From contig PACV01000007.1 in assembly GCA_002702875.1 (NCBI GenBank), positions 12,313 to 76,312 on the forward strand: a stretch of 64,000 nt of DNA, read 5' to 3'. The notes below the pieces were generated by a model. That model saw nothing but the letters and a program-made list of their open reading frames with translations. It was not told the DNA's origin and did no database searches. This DNA comes from Flavobacteriaceae bacterium. GTDB taxonomy: Bacteria; Bacteroidota; Bacteroidia; Flavobacteriales; Flavobacteriaceae. Below are positions 19,223-29,476 of the stretch, in pieces. The position numbers and the translations under genes are program-made. Position 1 is the stretch's first letter, and each line of letters starts with the position of its first letter.

Positions 19223-19423
19223 TTATTTTTCTTTATACTTTTTGTTGATTTTTTTTGATATAATTAATATTGATATTAGTATTGCTGCAATACCCGATGA
19301 CAAAATTCCTGTAAAAGCAACTGCATTATTTTCAAGCGAAAAATTATTGAAATCAACTTTTACAAGGTTTACAATTATCATTGCTATAGAAATAAATAAA
19401 ATTATTTTTAAAAATAAATTCAT
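19223..19423 (-). CDS. small two-TM membrane protein, function unknown
   Basis: 66 aa with two hydrophobic helices and a Lys-rich C-terminal tail (KKINKKYKEK). I prefer it to the overlapping plus-strand ORF 19242..19430, which has no such organisation. Confidence 0.5.
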   Translation of the reverse strand: MNLFLKIILFISIAMIIVNLVKVDFNNFSLENNAVAFTGILSSGIAAILISILIISKKINKKYKEK

Positions 19424-19435
19424 AACTTAAAGGTT

Positions 19436-20008
19436 ATGATAAAATTAGAAAATACTTTAATATCAGACGACATTATTGAAAAAGAATTTGCATGTAACTT
19501 ATCAGCGTGTAAAGGTGCGTGTTGTGTTGAAGGTGTTTCCGGAGCTCCACTGGAATTCAGTGAACTTGATATTTTAAACCAAATTAAAGATAAAATACAG
19601 CCCTACATTTCAGAAAAAGGTAAAAAATCTATAAAAAAAAATGGAATGTATGTTAAAGCGAAAGATGGTAGTTGGGAGACACCTTTAGTTGAAGGAAAAG
19701 AGTGTGCTTTTGCAATATTTGAGGAAAATGGCGTTGTTAAATGTTCAATTGAAAAGGCTTTTAACGAAAAAAAAATAAGTTGGCAAAAACCTATTTCATG
19801 TCATCTTTATCCTGTTAGATTAAATAAAATTGGTGATAAAATAGCTCTAAATTATCATCAATGGCAAATTTGTTCTGCTGCATGTAAAAATGGAAAAAAG
19901 TTAAAAGTTCCCGTTTACGAATTTACAGAGAAAGCATTGAAAAGAAAATTTGGTAAAAGTTGGTTTGAAAAATTGAAATTAATTGCAAAAAAATACCAAA
20001 AAGCTTGA
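19436..20008 (+). CDS. DUF3109 family Cys-rich protein
   Basis: The Cys cluster CNLSACKGACCVEG plus further conserved Cys (ECAF, VKCSIE, SCHLYP, CSAAC) matches the Bacteroidota DUF3109 pattern as I recall it. Confidence 0.7.
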   Translation: MIKLENTLISDDIIEKEFACNLSACKGACCVEGVSGAPLEFSELDILNQIKDKIQPYISEKGKKSIKKNGMYVKAKDGSWETPLVEGKECAFAIFEENGVVKCSIEKAFNEKKISWQKPISCHLYPVRLNKIGDKIALNYHQWQICSAACKNGKKLKVPVYEFTEKALKRKFGKSWFEKLKLIAKKYQKA

Positions 20009-20034
20009 TTCCCTTTATTCATAAGGGATTCAAG
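20004..20034 (+). terminator. candidate intrinsic terminator hairpin after the DUF3109 gene
   Basis: CTTGATTCCCTT-tattcat-AAGGGATTCAAG forms a 12-position stem with one T.T mismatch and a 7-nt loop. It overlaps the TGA stop. The downstream sequence is only moderately T-rich. Confidence 0.5.
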
Positions 20035-20225
20035 TATTGTTAATATTTTATTACTCTGGTTTTCAATTAATTAAGTGTAAATTATAATATAGTTTTTTTA
20101 CTAAAAATCGAATTTTTGTTAAAAACTAGACGTTTTTGTGAATAAGTAAGACTTTCTTTTTTCACTACAATTTTGAATCTTTGTTATTGCAAAAAATCAT
20201 TTTTAAATCTTTAAAAAATTCAACA

Positions 20226-21203
20226 ATGTCAAAAATAGAACCTATCCTTCAAGAAAATAAGAACCGTTTTGTAATTTTTCCTATAAAACACCACGATATT
20301 TGGGAGTGGTACAAAAAAATGGAGGCAAGTTTTTGGACAGCTGAAGAAATTGATTTACATCAAGATTTAAATGATTGGAATACTAAACTTTCTAAAGATG
20401 AAAAGTACTTTATAAAGCATATTTTAGCTTTTTTTGCTGCATCTGATGGAATAGTAAATGAAAACCTTGCTGAAAATTTCGTTAACGAAGTACAATATTC
20501 TGAGGCTAAGTTTTTTTATGGTTTTCAAATTATGATGGAAAATATTCATTCTGAAACATATTCTCTTCTAATTGATACTTATGTTAAAGATGAGAAAGAA
20601 AAAGATACTCTTTTTAAAGCTATAGAGATCTTTCCAGCAATAAAAAAGAAAGCCGATTGGGCTCTGAAATGGATTGAATCTGATTCTTTTGCTGAAAGAC
20701 TGATTGCGTTTGCTGCTGTTGAGGGAATCTTTTTCTCTGGAGCGTTTTGCTCTATTTTTTGGTTGAAAAAAAGAGGTTTAATGCCAGGATTAACTTTTTC
20801 AAATGAGTTGATTTCAAGAGATGAGGGAGTTCATTGTGACTTTGCTGTTCATCTTCACAACAATCATTTAGTCAATAAAGTTCCTAAAGAGAGAATACTT
20901 GAAATTATTGTAGATGCTTTAAATATTGAGCGTGAATTTGTTACTGAATCCTTACCAGTGAGTTTAATTGGAATGAATGCAAAATTGATGACCCAATATC
21001 TAGAATTTGTTACTGATAGACTATTAGTTGAATTAAATTGTGAAAAACAGTATAATGTCACAAATCCTTTTGACTTTATGGATATGATTTCACTTCAGGG
21101 TAAAACAAACTTTTTTGAAAAGAGAGTTTCAGAATATCAAAAAGCTGGTGTTTTAAATAAAGAGTCTCAAGAAACAAAAATAAGCTTTGATGCTGATTTT
21201 TAG
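20226..21203 (+). CDS. nrdB: class Ia ribonucleotide reductase, beta subunit
   Basis: Di-iron/tyrosyl radical motifs ([34 protein letters not shown]) and a C-terminal acidic tail. I prefer the ATG at 20226 ([15 protein letters not shown]) to the TTG at 20181. Confidence 0.95.
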   Translation: MSKIEPILQENKNRFVIFPIKHHDIWEWYKKMEASFWTAEEIDLHQDLNDWNTKLSKDEKYFIKHILAFFAASDGIVNENLAENFVNEVQYSEAKFFYGFQIMMENIHSETYSLLIDTYVKDEKEKDTLFKAIEIFPAIKKKADWALKWIESDSFAERLIAFAAVEGIFFSGAFCSIFWLKKRGLMPGLTFSNELISRDEGVHCDFAVHLHNNHLVNKVPKERILEIIVDALNIEREFVTESLPVSLIGMNAKLMTQYLEFVTDRLLVELNCEKQYNVTNPFDFMDMISLQGKTNFFEKRVSEYQKAGVLNKESQETKISFDADF

Positions 21204-21263
21204 TTTTGAATTTGTTTGAGAACTTGATACAATAATAATTAATAACAAAATCCAGAAAAAACA

Positions 21264-23726
21264 ATGTTTGTAGTAAAAAGAGACGGGCATAAAGAGCCTA
21301 TAATGTTCGATAAAATAACTTCTAGAGTAAGAAAGCTTTGTTATAGTTTAAATAGTCTAGTCGATCCTGTTAGAGTATCTATGAGAGTAATTGAAGGATT
21401 GTACGATGGTGTTACAACATCAGAACTAGATAATTTAGCAGCTGAGATTGCTGCAACAATGACTACTACTCATCCTGATTATGCTCAACTTGCCGCAAGG
21501 ATATCCGTATCCAACCTGCATAAAAACACAAAGAAATCTTTTTCTGAAACTATGAAAGATTTATATGAATATGTAAATCCTAGAACAGGAAAAAAAGCAC
21601 CATTGTTATCTGATGAAGTTTATAATATTATTAAAAAAAATTCTGAGAAACTTGATTCGAGTATAATATACAATAGGGATTATGGCTATGATTTTTTTGG
21701 CTTTAAAACATTGGAAAGATCTTACTTACTTAAACTAAATGGAAAAATTGCAGAAAGACCTCAACATATGCTAATGAGGGTATCAGTTGGCATTCATTAT
21801 GACGATATTGATGCTGTGATAGATACATACAATTTAATGTCAAAAAGATTTTTTACTCATGCAACTCCTACTCTTTTTAATGCTGGAACTCCAAAACCAC
21901 AAATGTCGTCGTGTTTTTTATTGACTGTTAAGGACGATAGTATTGACGGAATTTATGATACTCTTAAGCAAACTGCAAAAATATCTCAGTCTGCAGGAGG
22001 TATAGGTTTATCAATTCATAATGTTAGGGCAACTGGATCCTATATAGCTGGTACTAATGGAACTTCAAATGGAATTGTTCCTATGCTTAGAGTATTTAAT
22101 GATACTGCAAGATATGTTGACCAAGGTGGAGGTAAGAGAAAAGGATCATTTGCAATTTATATTGAGCCATGGCATCCTGATATTTTTGATTTTCTTGAGC
22201 TAAAGAAAAACCACGGAAAGGAAGAAATGAGAGCAAGAGATTTATTTTTTGCTATGTGGGTTCCCGATCTTTTTATGAAAAGAGTGGAGGAGGATTCAAC
22301 TTGGACTTTAATGTGCCCAAATGAATGTCAAAATTTGTATTCTACTCACGGAGAAGAATTTGAGAAATTATATCTTAAATATGAGAAATCAGGCAAAGGA
22401 AGAAAAACATTGAGAGCAAGAGAGTTATGGGAAAAGATTTTGGAATCTCAAATTGAAACGGGAACTCCTTACATGCTTTATAAAGATTCTGCTAATAGGA
22501 AATCTAATCAAAAAAATCTTGGAACCATAAGGTCATCAAACTTGTGTACTGAAATTCTTGAATACACTTCTCCAGACGAAATAGCTGTATGTAACTTAGC
22601 TTCAATTGCTTTACCATTATTTATAAAGAATGATGAATTTGATCATCAAATGTTATTTAAAGTAACAAAAACAGTTACAAAAAATTTAAACAGAGTTATT
22701 GACAGAAATTATTACCCTGTAATTGAAGCAAAAAACTCTAATATGAGGCACAGACCTATTGGATTAGGAGTTCAGGGTTTAGCAGATACGTTTATAAAAC
22801 TTCGATTACCTTTTACCTCAAGTAAAGCACAAGAATTAAATCAGGAAATTTTTGAGACAATTTATTTTGCTGCTGTCACTGCATCTATGGAGGAATCTCA
22901 GAAGGATGGACCTTACAAATCATATAAAGGGTCTCCAATTTCGAAGGGTGAATTTCAATTTAATTTATGGGGAATAAAAGATGAAGATTTGAGTGGTCGA
23001 TGGGATTGGAGTAAGTTAAGAAATGATGTAAAAAAATTCGGTGTTAGAAACTCTTTGTTGGTAGCTCCAATGCCAACAGCATCTACATCACAAATTCTTG
23101 GAAATAATGAATGTTTTGAACCATATACTTCAAATATATATACAAGACGTGTTCTTTCAGGTGAATTTATTGTCGTGAACAAACACCTTTTGGAAGATTT
23201 AGTTGAGTTAGGTATTTGGAATGAAGATATTAAAGAAAAGTTAATGAGAGAAAATGGATCTATTCAAAATATTGATGAAATCCCTGACGATATAAAAGAG
23301 TTATATAGAACTGTTTGGGAAATGAGTATGAAAGATATAATTGATATGTCAAGACATAGAGGATATTTTATTGACCAGTCGCAATCTCTTAATTTATTTA
23401 TGGAAGGTGCAACAATGGCAAAACTAACCTCAATGCATTTTTATGCATGGAAATCTGGTTTAAAGACAGGAATGTATTATTTGAGAACCAAATCAGCAGT
23501 AGATGCTATTAAGTTTACCTTAAAAAATGATTCAAAGGAAGCAAAACCTGAGGTTTCTGCTCCTGAAAGTTCACTTGATTCTAAAAATCAAGATGAGAAA
23601 ATTTTTAAACAAAATAAGGCAACAGCAGCAACCGTTGCTAAACCTTTGTCCCCCGCTGAATTAAAAGAAATGTTGTCAAAGTCAAAGGAAAGTGACGATG
23701 ACGATTGTCTTATGTGTGGCTCTTAA
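21264..23726 (+). CDS. nrdA: class Ia ribonucleotide reductase, alpha subunit (eukaryote-like R1)
   Basis: N-terminal ATP-cone ([20 protein letters not shown]), active site SSNLCTEI, and a C-terminal redox tail CLMCGS preceded by a low-complexity acidic segment. Confidence 0.96.
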   Translation: MFVVKRDGHKEPIMFDKITSRVRKLCYSLNSLVDPVRVSMRVIEGLYDGVTTSELDNLAAEIAATMTTTHPDYAQLAARISVSNLHKNTKKSFSETMKDLYEYVNPRTGKKAPLLSDEVYNIIKKNSEKLDSSIIYNRDYGYDFFGFKTLERSYLLKLNGKIAERPQHMLMRVSVGIHYDDIDAVIDTYNLMSKRFFTHATPTLFNAGTPKPQMSSCFLLTVKDDSIDGIYDTLKQTAKISQSAGGIGLSIHNVRATGSYIAGTNGTSNGIVPMLRVFNDTARYVDQGGGKRKGSFAIYIEPWHPDIFDFLELKKNHGKEEMRARDLFFAMWVPDLFMKRVEEDSTWTLMCPNECQNLYSTHGEEFEKLYLKYEKSGKGRKTLRARELWEKILESQIETGTPYMLYKDSANRKSNQKNLGTIRSSNLCTEILEYTSPDEIAVCNLASIALPLFIKNDEFDHQMLFKVTKTVTKNLNRVIDRNYYPVIEAKNSNMRHRPIGLGVQGLADTFIKLRLPFTSSKAQELNQEIFETIYFAAVTASMEESQKDGPYKSYKGSPISKGEFQFNLWGIKDEDLSGRWDWSKLRNDVKKFGVRNSLLVAPMPTASTSQILGNNECFEPYTSNIYTRRVLSGEFIVVNKHLLEDLVELGIWNEDIKEKLMRENGSIQNIDEIPDDIKELYRTVWEMSMKDIIDMSRHRGYFIDQSQSLNLFMEGATMAKLTSMHFYAWKSGLKTGMYYLRTKSAVDAIKFTLKNDSKEAKPEVSAPESSLDSKNQDEKIFKQNKATAATVAKPLSPAELKEMLSKSKESDDDDCLMCGS

Positions 23727-23813
23727 TTAACTCTTCAAAGACCAAAGATTTATTGTTAATTAATAATTTAATAACAATAATAACCTAAATAAATAAATAT
23801 CTTTGACAATTAT

Positions 23814-26084
23814 ATGGATGATATATATCTAATTATTGTAGTTGCTTTAGGTGTATTGGCTATTGGTGATTTAATAGTTGGTGTTAGTAATGATGCAGTA
23901 AATTTCTTGACATCTGCAGTAGGATCAAAAGCAATTCCCTTTAAAACTATCATGGTTCTAGCAAGCTTGGGTGTTGCGAGCGGAGCACTTTTTTCCAGTG
24001 GTTTGATGGAAGTTGCTCGTAAAGGAATTTTCAATCCTGATCAATTTTATTTTGATGAAATTATGTTAATTTTTGTTGCAGTTATGCTAACAGATATTTT
24101 GTTGTTAGATTTTTTTAATACGATAGGGCTACCTACTTCAACAACCGTATCAATTGTATTCGAATTATTAGGAGCTGCTGTATTTATGTCTTTAATTAAA
24201 ATTCAGGCGAATAGTGGCAGTATTTCAGATTTGTATCAATACATTAACACTTCAAAAGCTATTCAAATCATTTTAGGAATATTACTTTCTGTAGTAGTTG
24301 CTTTAACAATTGGAGCAATTATACAGTGGATAACAAGACTTATATTAAGTTATAATTTTCTAAGTAAGGAAAATTGGGTTAGTAGTATTTTTGGATCAGT
24401 GGCTTTGTCTTCGATAATGTATTTTATATTAATTAAAGGGATTCAAGGATCCCCTTTTTCAAGTTCGGAATTCAGTTTTTTAGGTAATAGAAACATTAAA
24501 GAATTTATAGAGTTAGAGTTATTTTTAGTTATATTTTTAAACTTAACTTTATGGTATTTAATATCATTTATTTTAATCAAATATTTAAATGTAAATATAT
24601 ATAAGGTTATTATTGCTGTTGGAACATTTGCTTTAGCATTAGCTTTTGCAGGCAATGATTTAGTTAACTTTATTGGTGTACCAATTGCTGCATTTCAGTC
24701 ATATGAAATATGGTCATCATCGGGAATGTTACCTTCAGAATTTAATATGCGAATTTTAAGTTCTAAGGTTCCAACCCCCACATTATTATTGTTTTTTTCT
24801 GGTTTAGTTATGGTTGGTACACTTTGGTTTTCAAAAAAAGCAAAAAGTGTTTTAAAAACTTCATTGGATCTATCAAATCAGAACTATGTTAAAGAGAGGT
24901 TTGAACCAAATATAATCTCAATATTTTTAGTTAAATTTTTTTCAAAAGTTAATAAATTGATATTTTCTTCAATACCTAAATTTTATCAAAATCTTATACT
25001 TAATCAATTTAAGATTCCAAAAAATATTAGAAAAAAATTTAATAAAAACGATGCTCCTTCATTCGATATGTTAAGAGCATCTATAAATCTGATCGTAGCT
25101 TCAGTTCTAATCTCAATTGCAACTTCCTATAAATTACCACTATCAACTACCTATGTTACGTTTATGGTTGCTATGGGAACTTCACTAGCTGATAGAGCTT
25201 GGGGAGAAGATAGTGCTGTATATAGAGTCTCTGGAGTTATAAATGTCATAGGGGGTTGGTTTTTAACTGCCATTATTGCTTTTATTGTATCTGGAATAAT
25301 TGTATCACTAATTTTTGTTGGAGGTATCTCAGCAATTGCAATTATTTTATTTATTATCCTTACAATTATTGGTAAAAATTATTTAAATCATAAAAGAAAA
25401 AATTCAATACAAAATGAAGAAGTTTTAAAGTTAACTGGTGATTCATCAGAGGAAATTATTAAAAATAGTAAAAAGAATGCAGAAAATATCTTTAAGAGAA
25501 TTTTAAAGATATACTCTCAATTAATTGATGGTCTATCGAAAAATGAAATAGAAAGTTTATCAAAATCAAAAAAAAATATAAAAAAACTTTCTTCTGAGGT
25601 TGAAAATTTAAGAGAAAATACATTTTATTTTATTAAAAATTTAAATGAAACAGATAAAATTGCCGGTCACTTTTATATAACAACCTTAGGTTATATTCAT
25701 GATATTACTCAGGATTTAGAGTATACTGTTTTCAAAGGGTTTAAACATGTTAAAAACGGTCACAAAAAATTAAAATTAAGTCAAATAAGAGATCTAAATG
25801 ATATATTGGATTTTTATAAATCTATATATGATGATTTAGATAAGTCAATTAAAAATCAAGACAATAGTAATTTAAAAAATGCGTGGTTAAAAAAATCAGA
25901 AATTATAGGATTCATAAATAAAAAAATTGATGATCAAATTATTATAATTAGAGATGAAGAAACCAGCCCGAAAAACACTACACTTTATTTTAATATTCTT
26001 TTAAAAGCAAAGGAAATATTTAATGTTAAATTAGATTTAATTAAGGAGCATTATAACTCAGCTGAAGATAAAGAAGTTCTGTAA
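23814..26084 (+). CDS. inorganic phosphate transporter (PiT/PHO4 family) with a long C-terminal cytoplasmic helical domain
   Basis: Duplicated PHO4 motifs (GVSNDAVNFLTSAVGS; FAGNDLVNFIGVP). The roughly 230-aa C-terminal soluble region is possibly PhoU/DUF47-like. Confidence 0.85.
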   Translation: MDDIYLIIVVALGVLAIGDLIVGVSNDAVNFLTSAVGSKAIPFKTIMVLASLGVASGALFSSGLMEVARKGIFNPDQFYFDEIMLIFVAVMLTDILLLDFFNTIGLPTSTTVSIVFELLGAAVFMSLIKIQANSGSISDLYQYINTSKAIQIILGILLSVVVALTIGAIIQWITRLILSYNFLSKENWVSSIFGSVALSSIMYFILIKGIQGSPFSSSEFSFLGNRNIKEFIELELFLVIFLNLTLWYLISFILIKYLNVNIYKVIIAVGTFALALAFAGNDLVNFIGVPIAAFQSYEIWSSSGMLPSEFNMRILSSKVPTPTLLLFFSGLVMVGTLWFSKKAKSVLKTSLDLSNQNYVKERFEPNIISIFLVKFFSKVNKLIFSSIPKFYQNLILNQFKIPKNIRKKFNKNDAPSFDMLRASINLIVASVLISIATSYKLPLSTTYVTFMVAMGTSLADRAWGEDSAVYRVSGVINVIGGWFLTAIIAFIVSGIIVSLIFVGGISAIAIILFIILTIIGKNYLNHKRKNSIQNEEVLKLTGDSSEEIIKNSKKNAENIFKRILKIYSQLIDGLSKNEIESLSKSKKNIKKLSSEVENLRENTFYFIKNLNETDKIAGHFYITTLGYIHDITQDLEYTVFKGFKHVKNGHKKLKLSQIRDLNDILDFYKSIYDDLDKSIKNQDNSNLKNAWLKKSEIIGFINKKIDDQIIIIRDEETSPKNTTLYFNILLKAKEIFNVKLDLIKEHYNSAEDKEVL

Positions 26085-26123
26085 TTCTAAGATTTAGAAT
26101 AAAATTTTTTTAATAAATAGTAA

Positions 26124-26450
26124 TTAAAAATTTGAAATAATTTTATTGTTTTTAAAATTTACTTGATGAACTGAGTTTTTATTCTTAAAAGACCATTTAC
26201 CCTCTTTTTTACCATTTTTGTAAAAACCAACAACCAATTCATTACCATTCTTGTCAAAACTGACCCATTTGCCTTCAAGTTTACCGTTAAAAATTGATCC
26301 TTTTTGAGAAATAGTTCCATTTGAATGGTATTCAATTACATTAATTAAGTTACCATTTTTAGAATATTCAATTTTATTTTTGTTATCATCAAATGGATAA
26401 CAAATTGACATAATTAAAAATGATACTGTATAAATTAAACCTCTTGTCAT
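26124..26450 (-). CDS. MORN-variant repeat protein (YwqK-like), exported or lipoprotein
   Basis: Repeats G(K)LEGKW..F..NG / YKNGKKEGKWSF. N-terminal hydrophobic signal with Cys (FLIMSIC). First ATG at 26450; the track start at 26465 is a GTG. Confidence 0.65.
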   Translation of the reverse strand: MTRGLIYTVSFLIMSICYPFDDNKNKIEYSKNGNLINVIEYHSNGTISQKGSIFNGKLEGKWVSFDKNGNELVVGFYKNGKKEGKWSFKNKNSVHQVNFKNNKIISNF

Positions 26451-26550
26451 AATTAAATTTAACACTAATTTAATAAAAAATTAATAAAAAAGAGATACAA
26501 TGTTAACATTAAATTAACATTAGATATACAAATATATGATTTACAGCTAA

Positions 26551-29376
26551 TTAAAACTTTAGACTATATCCTAGTGAAATGGTTCTTCCTATCATTCTTT
26601 TACTAAAATAGGTGGATAATTTTTGATTATACGATTCAAATTCACTTTCCTTTTTTTCGTCAAGTAAATTTTTTATTTTAAATGTGATTGTTTGTCTATC
26701 ATTAATTTTTTTAATGATATTTAAATTCAATTCATTAAAAGGTAGAGTAAAAACGTCAGGATAAAAGCCATCACCCACAACTTCAAGAGTTCTTCCTTGG
26801 ACATTATAAGAAATGTTTGAGTTTAGAGTTTCATCTTTTGATTTTAAATTAAGTCCAGCATTTATTAAGTATGGTGATTGACCTTGAAGATTTCTTTCAC
26901 CAGATAAGGTTTCACCTTCTCTTAATCCTAATTCTCTAAGTAACCTTTCATCTTCACTATAAGTTTGTCTAGAATTAATAACTGATGTATTTAAATTAAA
27001 ATCCAAGTTATTTGATATAAAACCTAATTTTTTTCTGATTTCTAATTCAGCACCATAAACCTTAGCATCCCCCAAATTAAGTGGTTTGTAATTAGTTGTT
27101 GAGGCTGCATCAAAAGCTAACTCAATTGGATCAGTAAAAGTTTTATAAAAAAAACTAAGAGCTATCATTTGGGCATTTTCACTGAATGATTCAAATCGAA
27201 TGTCAAAATTATTTATATAAGTAGGCCTAATATTTACATTACCAATAAAATAAATATTAGAAAGTGGGTCAAAAATTTCAGCAATCGAGGCCTCTTTAAA
27301 TGAAGGTCTTGCCGTTGTTTTTGAATAAGCAAATCTAAGATTTGTATCCTCTTTTAGTGAGTAAATAAAATTCAAAGAAGGAAAAAAATCAAACTTATCG
27401 ATAATTAATTTATTGTCATAATTAATATTTAATGAAACACTACTTCCAGTATAACGAACTGAATATTTTTCAAATCTTCCTCCAAGTATTGTCCTTAATC
27501 TTGAATTAATTTTAAATTCATTAGATACATATCCTGCAAAATTGAACTGTTTTGAATTATATATATTTGCATCTTGTTTAATTGAAGCTTGAGCATTAAT
27601 GTATGTTCCAGCTTTAGAATTTGAATTCCAAAGATTAGATTCTAAAAAAATATTGTTCGTTTCACCATTATAATTTGACCAATCATCAAAAGAAGTATAT
27701 GTTGTGCTAACTGAGAACTGATGAATCGTAAAGTCCCTTTCTTTTTTTGAAGCATAAAGACCAAACTTTGTTAAAGCCGGATTGTCAAATAAAATATATT
27801 TTTTGGAAAAATTTAATTTGGATACATAATTTGATTCATCATTTGTTCTCCAAATTCTTTTAGGCTCTGTATTTTCCTTGAAACTATAAACACCATCTTC
27901 GTCTTGAAAAGAAACAACTCTAAAATCTTTATCATGAATTTTAGCATAAGTTGGAGATATTACCCAATCAATTTTAAAATTCCCTTGGTCAAAACTATGT
28001 AGGCCAGATAAGAATGCATTTGTAATTCCTCTTTCAGTATATTCTAAGTTTTCTTTATTGAAATCAATATTATCCGAAAATTTAGTTTCTTGCCTAAACT
28101 TTCCAGCATTACTTTCCCCGTTTTGAATATGTAAAAAATTAAATTTGTATTTCGTTTTCTCTGATTTGAGAGAAAGCCCAAATAGAGTGCTAAGGGTAAC
28201 CTCATTTGAACCTATATTACCAATTTGAATTCTATTGGGTTCTAATTCACTTATTTTGGAATCGCTGTCCTTGTTGTAAATGTTATTTTCAATATTTTCG
28301 TAAAAAGTAGATCTGTTTTTATATGATAAGGACCCAAGAATTCCAAGTTTTTTTCCATTTTTTCCAACATCAAATTGATTTCCATAAGAATAACTCAGAC
28401 TAAAATCCATTGCGTTTGGTATTTTCATCACACCCATTTGAGGATTGAATTTCTTTGCTAATTTTGTTATATTTTCAAGATTAGATGAATTTGTTGTAAG
28501 TCTTGGATCAAAATTATTTCCAAGTCTATACGTATCAACAACTAAGTTTCTACTTCCATCATCAAAACCTAAAAAATCAGTTTTACCCCCTTTATAGCTT
28601 AAAAAATCATTATTGAAGTGATAATTAGGGTTATAATCAGCACTTATTGAAATTGAATTTTCTTTTTGGTTTGGAAAATCTTTTGTTTCAATATTAACAA
28701 TTCCTCCAGTGAAATCAGCTGGTAATTCAGCAGTCGACGATTTAATAACTAAAACATTTGATAAAATATTTGTAGGGAAAAGATCCATTTGCACTGTATT
28801 TCTGTCTGGATCTAAACCTGGTATGTCAATTCCATTTAAAATTGATTTTGTATAACGGTCTCCTAAACCTCTAACATATACATATTTTCCTCCAAGTACT
28901 GAAACTCCAGGTACTTGTTTTATGGCTGATGCCATATCAGAGGCGCCAATATTTTTAAAAGATTGAGATGATAGTCCATCCAATAAACTGGCTGATTTTT
29001 TTTGAATAGCTAAAACAGATTCTATGGTATTATTTCTTGCACTGATTGAAACGATAACTTCCTCCAGACCCTCAGCTGCACTTGTCATAGTTATTTCAAT
29101 ATCTTGAACATCACCTGAGCTAGCGTCAATATCATTTACCTCCAATGTTTGATAACCAACAAAAGAAAAGATAAGAGTATAATTTCCGGGAGCTACTTCA
29201 ATGGAAAATTTTCCATCAAAGTCAGTTGTACCACCCTCTCCAGTTTCTTTAATTAATACATTGGCAAATGGGAGGGGCTCATTAAAGTCTCCATCAATAA
29301 TAGAACCACTAATTGTGGATTGGGAAAAAGCTAATTGAGTAATTAAAAGTAAAATTAGCAGCTGAAGTCTAAACAT
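26551..29376 (-). CDS. TonB-dependent receptor with an N-terminal carboxypeptidase-regulatory-like domain
   Basis: Signal peptide (MFRLQLLILLLITQLAFSQ), CarboxypepD_reg-like domain (ISGSIIDGDFNEPLPFANVLIK), a plug (VSVLGGKYVYVRGLGDRY), a long beta-barrel and a C-terminal aromatic residue (YSLKF). There is no SusD-like gene next to it. Confidence 0.9.
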   Translation of the reverse strand: MFRLQLLILLLITQLAFSQSTISGSIIDGDFNEPLPFANVLIKETGEGGTTDFDGKFSIEVAPGNYTLIFSFVGYQTLEVNDIDASSGDVQDIEITMTSAAEGLEEVIVSISARNNTIESVLAIQKKSASLLDGLSSQSFKNIGASDMASAIKQVPGVSVLGGKYVYVRGLGDRYTKSILNGIDIPGLDPDRNTVQMDLFPTNILSNVLVIKSSTAELPADFTGGIVNIETKDFPNQKENSISISADYNPNYHFNNDFLSYKGGKTDFLGFDDGSRNLVVDTYRLGNNFDPRLTTNSSNLENITKLAKKFNPQMGVMKIPNAMDFSLSYSYGNQFDVGKNGKKLGILGSLSYKNRSTFYENIENNIYNKDSDSKISELEPNRIQIGNIGSNEVTLSTLFGLSLKSEKTKYKFNFLHIQNGESNAGKFRQETKFSDNIDFNKENLEYTERGITNAFLSGLHSFDQGNFKIDWVISPTYAKIHDKDFRVVSFQDEDGVYSFKENTEPKRIWRTNDESNYVSKLNFSKKYILFDNPALTKFGLYASKKERDFTIHQFSVSTTYTSFDDWSNYNGETNNIFLESNLWNSNSKAGTYINAQASIKQDANIYNSKQFNFAGYVSNEFKINSRLRTILGGRFEKYSVRYTGSSVSLNINYDNKLIIDKFDFFPSLNFIYSLKEDTNLRFAYSKTTARPSFKEASIAEIFDPLSNIYFIGNVNIRPTYINNFDIRFESFSENAQMIALSFFYKTFTDPIELAFDAASTTNYKPLNLGDAKVYGAELEIRKKLGFISNNLDFNLNTSVINSRQTYSEDERLLRELGLREGETLSGERNLQGQSPYLINAGLNLKSKDETLNSNISYNVQGRTLEVVGDGFYPDVFTLPFNELNLNIIKKINDRQTITFKIKNLLDEKKESEFESYNQKLSTYFSKRMIGRTISLGYSLKF

Positions 29377-29476
29377 AATTAAATTAAAATGGCTAGAATT
29401 TAAAATTCTAGCCAAAATAAATATTTTAAAAAGTTTTTGTGTTAATTAATTGTTATGCATTTAAAAACTTTTAAAA

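Noticed and set aside
20009-20225. The region upstream of nrdB was searched for NrdR boxes or a B12 riboswitch.
   Set aside because: There is no palindromic acaCwAtATaTwGtgt-like pair and no B12-box. nrdBA is a class Ia, B12-independent enzyme. Only the terminator-like hairpin of the preceding gene was retained.
26084-26100. The hairpin ATTCTAA-GAT-TTAGAAT between the PiT and YwqK genes uses the same heptamers as the hemA/araC palindrome, in everted order. That hinted at a shared regulatory motif.
   Set aside because: With this base composition the heptamer is expected dozens of times per 64 kb by my rough estimate. This copy sits between two convergent stop codons, where a weak bidirectional terminator hairpin is the simpler explanation.
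26124-26450. The YwqK-like MORN-repeat protein is often annotated as a toxin-antitoxin antitoxin, which could suggest a TA or defence module.
   Set aside because: It is a stand-alone gene with a signal or lipoprotein-like N-terminus. There is no adjacent toxin (no LXG/YwqJ-like deaminase) and no operon partner. It is more likely an exported repeat protein.
26499-26522. A 12-bp palindrome AATGTTAACATT and the direct repeat TTAACATTA x2 lie downstream of the TonB receptor and upstream of the YwqK-like gene.
   Set aside because: A 6-bp-arm AT-rich palindrome is expected many times by chance in this window. There is no supporting context.
9276-29415. The six-frame track suggests N-terminal extensions for hemC to 9314, hemA to 10512, nrdB from 20181 and the TonB receptor to 29415.
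   Set aside because: The extensions start at rarer codons (TTG for hemA and nrdB) or add non-conserved residues ahead of canonical N-termini ([35 protein letters not shown], and the signal peptide MFRLQLL). Internal ATGs give better gene models.
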